Source of the DNA: a virus
Lineage: Duplodnaviria; Caudoviricetes
Virus record (IMG/VR): IMGVR_UViG_3300014208_000068
Location: 1-43,916 of that record
Direction: 5' to 3' (one strand)
Length of the DNA stretch: 43,916 nt
In this document: piece after piece, positions 1-8,502 of the stretch
Position numbering within the stretch: position 1 is the first letter of the stretch
Layout of the letters: every line of letters starts with the position of its first letter
The notes under the pieces: model-generated
The model's input: the letters and a program-made list of their open reading frames with translations, nothing else
Told to the model about the DNA's origin: nothing
The model's database searches: none
Position numbers and translations under genes: made by a program

Positions 1-252
1 CATTGCTCCCCTTCGTCGTCTCCGTGCTTGCGGGGGCTGAGACGAGCAGAGCTTATCCGCAAGTCGGCCAGATCATGGCGGCGATGGACGCGGCTTAGCC
101 TTCTCGGTCGCCACCCATGCGCGTGCCCTTTCCAGGGCCGCCATGGCCTCTGTGGCGCATTTGGGACACCAGGGGGTGCCTCGGTCCCTCTCACTGAGGA
201 GCCACACTGCGGGGCACCCATGCTCGTGACAGAGCCTCGGCTAGCTCGATGG

Positions 253-2538
253 TCACGCGCTCACCTCGAATAGTGAGCGCTGCTTCAGTGAGCGCGATAC
301 CTCGGAGAGGTTGACCTTCGATTGCTCCCAGTAGGAGCGCTTCAGTTCGCACCCGAGACCTCGGCGACCCATCTTGAGGGCGACGTGCGGCGTCGATCCA
401 ACCCCACAGAATGGGTCAAACACGAGCTCGCCGGGGTTCGAGTAGAGCCACACGAGGCGCTCAATCACGTCGAGTTGCAGCGGGCAAATGTGGCGCTCGT
501 CTGCCTCCTCCCGAGCGCCTGCATACTGGAGGACGTTGGTTTGCCGGATGTCAAACCACACCGGGGAGGCGTACTTCTGCCACAGTTGGATCGACCAATC
601 CCTGTCGGAGTCCCATGACGTGGGAGGGTTGTCGCCGATGTAGTCCCCTGCAATCGGGGGGTGAGTGATGAGGTGGTCTGGCAGGTCCGGCGCCCACTTG
701 CGAAACGTGAGGACGAAGTCCGCCATGCCCATCCGGCACACCTCGCGGCGGGCCATGAAGTTCTTATGCAAGAGCCCGTGATTCTACGTCCGCTGCATCT
801 CAATCACGGGGTCTTTCCAGACGGTCACGCGACTGTGGAATGTCCACCCAGCGGCCTCGAAAGTCTCGACGATGGCGCCAGGAAAATCGTAGAGGCCGGC
901 CGCACCATCGCGGTTTTTGTAGAGGGGAAGGTCCTTGCAATGGACGCAGCACAGACGGCCGGGCTTGGTCACGCGGAGCAACTCCCGAATCAAGTAGGCG
1001 TAGTGCTGGAAAAACTCCGTGTCGTTGGCCGAGTTTCCGAGGTCTGCAATCGCGTCGCTGTAGATGTAGAGGTCGACGAACGGCGGGGAATGTACACACA
1101 GGTCAACGCTCTCATCGGGGAGCTTCGATGTGAATACCATCGAGTCCCCGAGATTCAACTCCCATCCCTCCCCTTTTGCGACCTCCGAGCCGGATTCAGT
1201 GAGTCCGCGGTCAGGTCTCCACACGAGGCCGTGCTTGCGGACGGCGGCGCACATTTGGCGTTTCATCTTGTCGTGGTCCTCTTTCTTGCGCTTGACCGTG
1301 GCGACGATATTGCCCTCGGTCTCAGCGGTGACGATGTGAACGTTGACGGGCTGTTTCTGCCCGAAGCGGTAGCTGCGGCGGATTGCTTGGTAGAGGTCCT
1401 CGAAGGAGTAGGTCAATGACGAAAACACTTGGCGTGCGCAGTGTTGCCAGTTCAACCCAAGCCCCGCAACCCCCGGCTTGGTAATGATGACTCGCGCCAC
1501 ACCAGACGAGAAGGCCAGCAGGCGAGCGGCCTTGGTGGCGCGCGGTTGCGACCCGCGCACTTCGATGGCTTCGTGGATTGCGGCGCAGAGCGCGTCCGCC
1601 TCGTAGTCCGTCGAGCACCACACGATCCACGCCTGGTCAGGCTCGGCGTTGACGAGGCGGGCGACTTCCGCGGTGCGGGTAGAGAGCGTCTCCCGCTTGT
1701 CCCGCCAGAGGTCGGTAGCCGAGAGAGATTGGCCGGGGAATAGGGAGCCCAGTTGGAATGCGGCCTCTGGTGGCGTGTCGACGGTGTGCTGCGTGACGAC
1801 GAGCTCGGGGAGGACGAAGCCCTTGTCCGAATAGCCGAGGTCGGAAGGAGCGCCACACGACGCGGCCCAACTCGTCACCCACTTCCAGAAGTCCCCCTCA
1901 GCGTGCCCCTTCAATCGGTAGTTCCCGGCACACATGGGGTCGTTGACGAACCACCGAGACAGCATTTCGTTGGACGGCATGATGCCCAGGAAGTCGGCGT
2001 GGTTCCCAAGCTCCATGTGGTCATTCGGGGCCGGGGTTGCGGTACAGCACAGGCGGTATTGTGTATCGGAGAAGGCATCACACAGGAGCCGCTTCGTCTT
2101 TCCGGTGAAGCTCTTGAGGATCGATGACTCGTCGAGGACAACGCCGGCAAACTCGCTCGCGTCGAACTTTTCCAGCATTTCGTAGTTGGTGACTGCGATT
2201 TGAGCCCATCGAGCGTCCTTCTGCTCCCGTGCTGAGATTGCATCCACTTCAAACTTCTCGGCCTCTCGCAGTGTTTGTTCGACGACGTTCAGCGGTGCGA
2301 GGATGAGGACGCGCCCGCCGGAGTGCTCGGCTACCAATCGCGCCCACTCGAGCTGCATCGGGGTCTTACCTAAGCCACAATCCGCGAAAATGCAGGCCCG
2401 CCCGCGACGCAATGCCCAGCGCACGATGTCTTTCTGAAAGGGAAACAGCATTGGGTTGATGGCGTCCGCCGGGACTTCGATTCCCGATGGTGCGTCGACG
2501 ATGGCTTTGGATGCCAGGAATTCTTGATAGGTCGTCAC
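253..2538 (-). CDS. SNF2-like helicase fused to N4/N6 DNA methyltransferase, interrupted by one in-frame TAG at 784-786 (readthrough or nonsense allele)
   Basis: Helicase motifs DCGLGKT, DESS, TATPAPND, QAIRRSYRFGQ; MTase catalytic HSPPF before the TAG; SAM-binding DPFCGVGST after it. ORFs 784-2538 and 253-771 are in the same frame: EMQRT*NHGLLHKNF. Confidence 0.88.
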
Positions 2539-2921
2539 GGTCCCTCCTTTTCGTCATCACCAGTGACGCACAGCACCTCCCACGCCACGAGCTGCTCCGG
2601 GAAGGCCGCATCGCAGTACTCGTCTGGGGGCAGCACCAGCTCTGGGTGCCAGGCATCGTGCACGAGCCCGTCGATCAGCGGGGCGCAGTGGTGCCCCCAC
2701 GTGTACCCGCGCAGGCCGCACGCCGGGCGGAGCCCATCGCGGTCGAGCGGGTCTACCCACAGGGCCTCGAGAGTGTGCCCGTGCGTGGGGCAGCAGGCCG
2801 CGACCTCGCCCATCAGCTCCACGCAGTCGGGCGCGGTGTCCGACGAGAGCAGCGACGCGAAGTCGACGCCGGTGTCGGCAATGTACTGAGTGGCGATGTT
2901 CGCAGCTACGTGCCTACCCAT
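2535..2921 (-). CDS. Hypothetical protein (Cys/His-rich)
   Basis: ATG at 2921 behind GAGGAGGT RBS; its stop overlaps the next start (GTGA). Confidence 0.7.
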   Translation of the reverse strand: MGRHVAANIATQYIADTGVDFASLLSSDTAPDCVELMGEVAACCPTHGHTLEALWVDPLDRDGLRPACGLRGYTWGHHCAPLIDGLVHDAWHPELVLPPDEYCDAAFPEQLVAWEVLCVTGDDEKEGP

Positions 2922-3153
2922 GGCCCACCTCCTCGCCTTCGGCGGCGCCAGTGGAGAGCGAATAGGTGGATGGCCTCTCGCCGTGTGGCTTACGCCTGAC
3001 TCGCCCGCTCGCGACGAGGCGCCGGAGCGCCCCGGCGACGCACGACGACGACGGCTCGCCAAGCGCATAGGCGATATCCCACGCCCGAAACTCTATCCCA
3101 GCAGGGAGATTCTCAAGCACCGAAATTACGGCTTCCTCTAAAACTCTACCCAT
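2914..3153 (-). CDS. Small winged-HTH-like protein
   Basis: RBS GGAGGT; pattern AWDIAYAL...VAGALRRLVASGRVRR...TYSL resembles a wHTH. Confidence 0.65.
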   Translation of the reverse strand: MGRVLEEAVISVLENLPAGIEFRAWDIAYALGEPSSSCVAGALRRLVASGRVRRKPHGERPSTYSLSTGAAEGEEVGHG

Positions 3154-3382
3154 GGTCCACCTCCCTGCGCCGGTTCTGTCTCTCCTCCCGCCACTCGCGC
3201 CACCGGGGGGAGATCTCGCGGACTTCTGCTTCTAGCCGCTCGACCTCGGCCTCTAGCGTGGTCACCCGCGCCTCGGCCTTTTCCGCCTTCGCACGCCACT
3301 CCTCGATGATGCGCTTGAGACGGCGCTCCTCGTGGGTGTCGTAGGTGTAGGCGTCCGACATCGACCCGCTATTTCCCCCCAT
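3146..3382 (-). CDS. Small coiled-coil hypothetical protein
   Basis: RBS GAGGAGGT before ATG 3382; heptad-like AEARVTTLEAEVERLEAEV. Confidence 0.65.
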   Translation of the reverse strand: MGGNSGSMSDAYTYDTHEERRLKRIIEEWRAKAEKAEARVTTLEAEVERLEAEVREISPRWREWREERQNRRREVDHG

Positions 3383-3695
3383 GGTCCACCTCCTCACCAA
3401 TGACCGACTTGCGCCCGGCCTCGAATGCCTCCCGAGTCATCGCTTCCCACCATTCCCCGCTTCTCTGTGCTCTCCCATCGTCGAGGCTCTCAACCCATGC
3501 CACGGCCACGGCGGCGACTTGCACAAGCTCATTGCGCAGCGCCGCAATGTCCCCCGTCATCGCCGCCCGAGCTTCTTCCCCGACCTCCTCCATCAGCACG
3601 AGGGACCAGAGGCCGGACCCAGGGTGCTTGTCCGCGCCCCACTTGAGATCCTGCCTCACCCTCTCCTTCTCGATTTCGAGTAGTTGCTTTCTCAC
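3369..3695 (-). CDS. MazG-like nucleotide pyrophosphohydrolase
   Basis: LVLMEEVGEEARA...LRNELVQVAAVAVAWVESLD matches the all-alpha MazG ExxE...ExxQ pattern. Confidence 0.75.
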   Translation of the reverse strand: MRKQLLEIEKERVRQDLKWGADKHPGSGLWSLVLMEEVGEEARAAMTGDIAALRNELVQVAAVAVAWVESLDDGRAQRSGEWWEAMTREAFEAGRKSVIGEEVDHGGK

Positions 3696-4261
3696 GATCT
3701 CTTCCTCCTATCCGAGGCGCCGTAGCTGAATCTCGGCGGCCTTCCTCGTTCGGTTGATTGCGACCCGCCACGGTAGCACGGGAGCAGGGCTTGCTCCGAC
3801 AGTCGAGGGCGGTACTTCGGGGCCGGTCCGCCGGACGGCAATGGCTCCTCCTCCGGCCGCATCGACACCGTGACCTCCCCGCCCGCTTTCAGTAGGGCCC
3901 GCTCCTCGATCTGCCTCACCCTCTCACGGGTGCAGTTCATGGCTTGCCCGGCCGCGTCGAGAGTCACCCCGCCACGGTCGGCCACATCAAGAGCGCAAGT
4001 CTCGCGCATCTGGTCGACAGATAGCAGTGGGAAGTTGTCCTTGAGCGTCCCCCTGTCCTCGTCGTACTTGAGATGGAATCGGCACGAGATCCATCGGCAC
4101 GGGCGTTGCGCGTTGATGCAATCGCCCCTCACCTTCGGGCGCTGCTTGTCGAGCGCGACGAGTAGCTGTGCCATGCTTTCGGACTCATCAAGCTCGGGGT
4201 CGACGGCGCGACTCTTCCCGTATGGTCGTCTGCGTTCTCCGCTCACAGTGGCATGCTCCAT
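3692..4261 (-). CDS. Cys-rich sigma70 region-4-like HTH DNA-binding protein
   Basis: TLDAAGQAMNCTRERVRQIEERAL (region 4 HTH) preceded by RGDC...RPCRWISCRFHL...ETCALDVA. Confidence 0.8.
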   Translation of the reverse strand: MEHATVSGERRRPYGKSRAVDPELDESESMAQLLVALDKQRPKVRGDCINAQRPCRWISCRFHLKYDEDRGTLKDNFPLLSVDQMRETCALDVADRGGVTLDAAGQAMNCTRERVRQIEERALLKAGGEVTVSMRPEEEPLPSGGPAPKYRPRLSEQALLPCYRGGSQSTERGRPPRFSYGASDRRKRS

Positions 4262-6165
4262 GTCACATCATCGCTACTCGGCTCGGTGCGAGAGCGATTG
4301 GTTTCGGGTTGTTGGTTCTGCGACTTGTCGAGGAATCGACCGCGCGGCTTGTCAAAGCTCAACTCCACGAGTCCCTCCCGCCCATATTCCATGCGGGTCT
4401 TGATTACGACAACCGCGGCCGGGTAGAGCCCGGTTGATTGGTCGCGCATGTCCTCTCGGTCGTTGGTCCGGGGTCGGTATACGCTGATGGCGTTGGCCGT
4501 GTCCTGAAAGACTTCCGTGTGTCCCTTGATGTCGCTCAACTGGGTTATCACGTCGTCCTTGTCCTTCGTCTTGGGTTTGTTCGCCGCGCTGTGAGCGAGC
4601 AAGAGCATGTGGGCGCCGGACCGTTGGATCGTCATCTGCGAATCCATCACGATTTGATCCTGTTGGTCCCATCGATCCTTGTCCGCGCGGCGAGTCATGA
4701 AATGGAGATGGTCGACAACCACGAAGTCAATGCCGAGGGACTTGATGCAATACTCCATCGTCGCCGCATACCTGCGACACTCAACAGCCCCAACGTGGTC
4801 AAAGAAAAACACGGAGCTGCGAATCTCCGCCAGGGCTTCCCTGACTCGACCCTCACCGTAGGTCTCGGGGTCTCCACCGAGGAGCTGTCTCACGAATCGA
4901 ATCGCCGCGAAGGTCGGGCCGCCCTCGAATGGGCAGACCAGGACTCGGCGTCCCTGCTGGGCTTGGTATAGCGCGGCCTGATAGGCCAGCGTTGTCTTGC
5001 CCGAGCCTGTTGGGCCTGTAACGATGGTGACCTCTCCCTGTCGCCAGCCCCCAAACAACTCATCGAGTCCGGCCCATCCAGTGGGCCACCCTCTTGGCTG
5101 GGCACCGAAGAGTTGTGAGAGGACGGACGCCTCAAGGTCTTTCGTTGAGACGATCTGCGACCCGGCCGGAGACTTCGCCTCTTCGATGATCCGCCCGACA
5201 GCACCCCAGTCGAGAGCGCCCGCGACGAGGGCGGCGTTCCCGTCCTTGTGCCCCTCTGGCCAGTGGCCAATCCTCACCCGGAAAGCGCCGATGGCTTCCG
5301 CTGCCTTCTTTGCCCCCGCCTCCCCGGCCGTGTCCGAGTCGTAGCAAAGCACGATGTCCTCGACGGCGCCGAGCTGTTCGGTGAAGGACTCCGACCACGA
5401 CCCCTCGCCATCAGGGATGGATACGGGGACGATCTCGAGCCACCTGGGACCGTCCGCCACCTCCAATAGCCTCGCCTCCCTGGCGGCCTCCAGAATCGAG
5501 AGGCAATCCATCTCCCCGCCGCAGACGAGCACCGTGCGCCCCTCCGGGATTCCGACGGGGGCATAGAGCGAGGACTTCCCTCCGGCCACACGGGCATATC
5601 GGATGGGCTTCCCCTTGTCGTCCTCGGGCTCGGGAGGCACCCACCGGAGCTTCACGAGCGTGGCATCGTCGCCCGTGAAGTAGGGGATGGCGACCATCCC
5701 ATTGCCCACCACTTGCCCGGCCCGTGTGTCCCCTGGGTGTCGAGGAGCCCATCCGAGGCAGGCCAGGTCGATGACGAGTCGCGAGAATCCGCGCTCGGCC
5801 AGGTAGTCACGAGTCGCGGCGGCCCCGGCGTGGTTGGACGACCAGAGCACCTCGTTCCACCGCCGGAAGTCCACCGTTTCCTTGGCCTGAAATGGGCGGG
5901 CGGCGTTCCTGGCCTCGTGGGTTGTGGGTTGCGCCGGGGCCTGGACTTGGTATGCGAGCCCAAGCAGGCAGCGGAGTTGATAGAGGTTCCCATGCTTTCC
6001 GCACGAGGCTCGGAGGCACCCCCACAACCCCGTTTTGAGGTTCAGCCCGAAGCCCTCATCATTCGCACAGCACGGGCACGGAAAGCGGGCCTCCTTCCCG
6101 CCGTTGAGGGGTCGCCACGTGATGCCTGCTTCGCGGAGAGTTTCTTGCGGGCTCGAATCCATCAT
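4243..6165 (-). CDS. Primase-helicase (Zn finger + Toprim + DnaB-like SF4 helicase; T7 gp4/Twinkle-like)
   Basis: CPCC...C...C Zn finger; GGEMDCLS and YDSDTAG Toprim motifs; Walker A GPTGSGKTT; VVVDHLH. Start at ATG 6165 overlaps the upstream stop. Confidence 0.92.
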   Translation of the reverse strand: MMDSSPQETLREAGITWRPLNGGKEARFPCPCCANDEGFGLNLKTGLWGCLRASCGKHGNLYQLRCLLGLAYQVQAPAQPTTHEARNAARPFQAKETVDFRRWNEVLWSSNHAGAAATRDYLAERGFSRLVIDLACLGWAPRHPGDTRAGQVVGNGMVAIPYFTGDDATLVKLRWVPPEPEDDKGKPIRYARVAGGKSSLYAPVGIPEGRTVLVCGGEMDCLSILEAAREARLLEVADGPRWLEIVPVSIPDGEGSWSESFTEQLGAVEDIVLCYDSDTAGEAGAKKAAEAIGAFRVRIGHWPEGHKDGNAALVAGALDWGAVGRIIEEAKSPAGSQIVSTKDLEASVLSQLFGAQPRGWPTGWAGLDELFGGWRQGEVTIVTGPTGSGKTTLAYQAALYQAQQGRRVLVCPFEGGPTFAAIRFVRQLLGGDPETYGEGRVREALAEIRSSVFFFDHVGAVECRRYAATMEYCIKSLGIDFVVVDHLHFMTRRADKDRWDQQDQIVMDSQMTIQRSGAHMLLLAHSAANKPKTKDKDDVITQLSDIKGHTEVFQDTANAISVYRPRTNDREDMRDQSTGLYPAAVVVIKTRMEYGREGLVELSFDKPRGRFLDKSQNQQPETNRSRTEPSSDDVTWSMPL

Positions 6166-6725
6166 CCACCCAATCCCTTGATGCGGTCTCTGAGTGTCTG
6201 TCGCCGCACCGTGTCTTGCTCTGCTGCCCTTTCGAGGAACCTTTCCACATGGTCCCTGGTCCGGCACACAAGCTCGATGTCGTTGTATCGCGTGGCCCCC
6301 GGCGTTGGGTCGTTGTAGAACGGGTCGGCCAGCATCGCGTCCGTGGCCGCGCAGAGTTGCTCGACGGTGAATCCCTCTCCGAGTCTGCAACGAATCTTCT
6401 CGATGCGCTTCGGGGAGAGCTTCACGATGCTCGTCTTTCCACAGGCAAAGTGCCAGTGGTCGAATACCGCCCGCACCGAGTCCATGTCGGCCGATGCGGC
6501 GAAAGTCGCAAGCCGCACGTCCAAGCAGGTCGAGGTCACCGTCATCCGCAGCTTCTTCCCGGCCAGGGCGGAGATGCCTTCGACGGTTCTCATCAGACAC
6601 TCCCCGGGCTCGAGTGCTAGCAGCACCTTCGCGGATTCGAGGGGGATGCGAGCCATGCCCCCCTCCGAGGCGGCGAGGTAGTAGAGCAGGCGTCCCCTCA
6701 GTAGGGATAGCGATTCTGGGCGCAC
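6162..6725 (-). CDS. Hypothetical replication-associated protein
   Basis: Translationally coupled to the primase-helicase; helical C-terminal region resembles phage replication-initiator tails (weak). Confidence 0.6.
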   Translation of the reverse strand: MRPESLSLLRGRLLYYLAASEGGMARIPLESAKVLLALEPGECLMRTVEGISALAGKKLRMTVTSTCLDVRLATFAASADMDSVRAVFDHWHFACGKTSIVKLSPKRIEKIRCRLGEGFTVEQLCAATDAMLADPFYNDPTPGATRYNDIELVCRTRDHVERFLERAAEQDTVRRQTLRDRIKGLGG

Positions 6726-6810
6726 AGTGCCTCCTTTGCGCTATCCGAGGCTGTCCCGGCTGTCAGGGCCAGTGGTCAGCCTCGGATGCGTCCACGGGGC
6801 GTCCAGGGCC

Positions 6811-7377
6811 CTAGAATGGGATGTTCGGGTCGGGCTTGTCGGCCTTCTTTGCTTTCGCCCTCGGGGCCGCCTTGGCCTTCGGGGCTTCGTACGTGTCCGG
6901 ACCAATCCGGTTGCCGTCCCAATCCTCAATCGCGTCCTCGGGGAGGGCGGGAGTTTCCGCCCACTCGATGGATTGCTCGGAGTCGAGAGCGGCGAAGGTG
7001 ACGGACCGAACCTGGACGAATGGCCGCCCGTCGTGTCCCTGGGTCGTCTCGTTCGTCGTCTCGACCTGGAGCACCTTGCCGAGCAGATGGGTGGTCACGC
7101 TGGACTGGTCGAAGGGGTCCAACCCGTTCGGGTCATCCGCAGCACCCACTACGCCGATGCTGTCGCAGAGGGTGACGAGGCGCCCGAACCCGAAGCGGGA
7201 AGCCTCGAGCACGATGAAATCCCGCCACGTCAACTTGCCGCCGCAGATCGAGAACCGCAGCGAGAGCATAGGTTTGCCTGTCTTGCTCTCGCCCACGATG
7301 GCGCGGGTGATCTGCGCCGCATGGAGTCCGGGGGCGAGGGTGAAGTTGTAGTCCGCTTTCGTCGAGAAACTTGCCAT
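6811..7377 (-). CDS. SSB-like protein (DUF669-like)
   Basis: LAPGLHAAQIT...SKTGKPMLSLRF OB-fold-like N-terminus; acidic/Pro tail ending DPNIPF; follows an AAA_24 gene. Confidence 0.75.
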   Translation of the reverse strand: MASFSTKADYNFTLAPGLHAAQITRAIVGESKTGKPMLSLRFSICGGKLTWRDFIVLEASRFGFGRLVTLCDSIGVVGAADDPNGLDPFDQSSVTTHLLGKVLQVETTNETTQGHDGRPFVQVRSVTFAALDSEQSIEWAETPALPEDAIEDWDGNRIGPDTYEAPKAKAAPRAKAKKADKPDPNIPF

Positions 7378-7396
7378 TGGGAGTTGCTCCGATGTG

Positions 7397-7416
7397 CGTG
7401 GGCAAATTTGCCCACG
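7397..7416. promoter_or_regulatory. Perfect 20-bp palindrome CGTGGGCAAATTTGCCCACG (operator or RNA hairpin)
   Basis: Read directly; intergenic, just upstream of the SSB-like gene RBS. Confidence 0.5.
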
Positions 7417-7454
7417 TTGGTTGTGCCCGAGTTTGTTGGCCCCGGGCAATGTCT

Positions 7455-8339
7455 CTACTGCTTGCTCTTGACCTTCGCCTTCGGGGCCGGAGGGAGGATC
7501 GCCTTCCCTTCCCCCGCCTCACTCTCGCTGACGAGGGAGCCGCTGTCACCATCCCGAGAGGGGATGCCAGCCATGCCCGCGTTGATGCTCAGGAGGATGC
7601 TTCCCAGGGTCGTCTTGCCCGGCGTCCTCAAGTCCTGCATCACCACGTCGGGGAAGTCCGTGGTCGTCGGCGGGCGCTTCGTTACGAAGCCCGAGCCCGC
7701 GTTGAATGCGATGCCGTATTGGAAAGCCCCGCTGCGCTTGTGCGCGAATCCGACCGCACTGAAGTACTGCCCAACCTTCTCCGCCATCTTCCCGTAGAGG
7801 TCGGGGATGGTGCGCCGCGCTTCGCCCTCCGACCCGCCCAGAGTGGATTGGAGGCAGATGCATACCACGTTGACGGGCAAGCTGCGGAGCCGTTGGAGGA
7901 GCGATGCAAGGAGCTTCTGTGCCTCACCCCATCGCTTCATCACGAGCTTTTCGACCTCGTCGACCTTCACATGCTCGGCAATGCGGGTGTGCATGTCCGA
8001 GAGGGAGTCGATGACGATGGTTTGGCAGGTGTACTCGGTCCCGCTCCTGTCGCAGAACCGAAACGCCATCTGCCCGTTGTCGAGCTTCACCGAAGCGCCC
8101 TTGGACAGTGCGTCCATGATGCGTTCCATGGATTCGTAGTTGTTGATGAGGAAGACCTCGGCGTCAGGCGCCGCGACGGCAATCGAGGGGATTGCCTGGC
8201 GCTCGGTCGCGAGGATGATGGGCATTGGGGACCGGGCGGCCCAGCTTGTCTTTCCCGTCCCACTGTCGCCGTAGACCAGGACCTTCAGCCACGGCTCGGC
8301 TTGCAGTAGTTCACTTGCTTTCACGTTCTCCTCCAACAA
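7455..8339 (-). CDS. AAA_24 / Sak4-like P-loop ATPase (recombination)
   Basis: LVYGDSGTGKTSWA Walker A; TIVIDSLS Walker B; lies between a nuclease and an SSB. Confidence 0.85.
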   Translation of the reverse strand: MLEENVKASELLQAEPWLKVLVYGDSGTGKTSWAARSPMPIILATERQAIPSIAVAAPDAEVFLINNYESMERIMDALSKGASVKLDNGQMAFRFCDRSGTEYTCQTIVIDSLSDMHTRIAEHVKVDEVEKLVMKRWGEAQKLLASLLQRLRSLPVNVVCICLQSTLGGSEGEARRTIPDLYGKMAEKVGQYFSAVGFAHKRSGAFQYGIAFNAGSGFVTKRPPTTTDFPDVVMQDLRTPGKTTLGSILLSINAGMAGIPSRDGDSGSLVSESEAGEGKAILPPAPKAKVKSKQ

Positions 8340-8502
8340 TGTAGATGCCAGGATAGTTGCCGTAGGTGAGTGTCACGAATCCCTTTCTTTCGCTATTGCC
8401 ACATTCCACACTGGGACGTGGCTCGATGCTTATTCTCTCTACAGTCTCCTTGACCCATTCAAGGTCATCTGGGTGGACGGTGATGATCTCAAGGATTCTC
8501 AC
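8311..8502 (-). CDS. Small hypothetical protein
   Basis: GTG at 8502 fills the gap between coupled genes. Confidence 0.5.
   Translation of the reverse strand: MRILEIITVHPDDLEWVKETVERISIEPRPSVECGNSERKGFVTLTYGNYPGIYIVGGERESK

Larger units (their letters stand above)
2914..3395 (-). repeat. Three copies of a gene-junction motif GGAGGTGG(A/G)CCATGGG
   Basis: Plus-strand CCCATGGTCCACCTCC is exact at 3149-3164 and 3378-3393, with one mismatch at 2917-2932. Confidence 0.85.

Noticed and set aside
2914-3395. CRISPR-like array from the periodic repeats (also 24148-24533)
   Set aside because: Spacing is 230-360 bp and the repeats are RBS/start sequences flanking ORFs.
6166-6600. Long N-terminal extensions in the ORF track for the primase-helicase (also nuclease, UvrD, 11855-13396 and TerS)
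   Set aside because: They overlap upstream genes; internal starts with RBS or stop-start coupling fit better.
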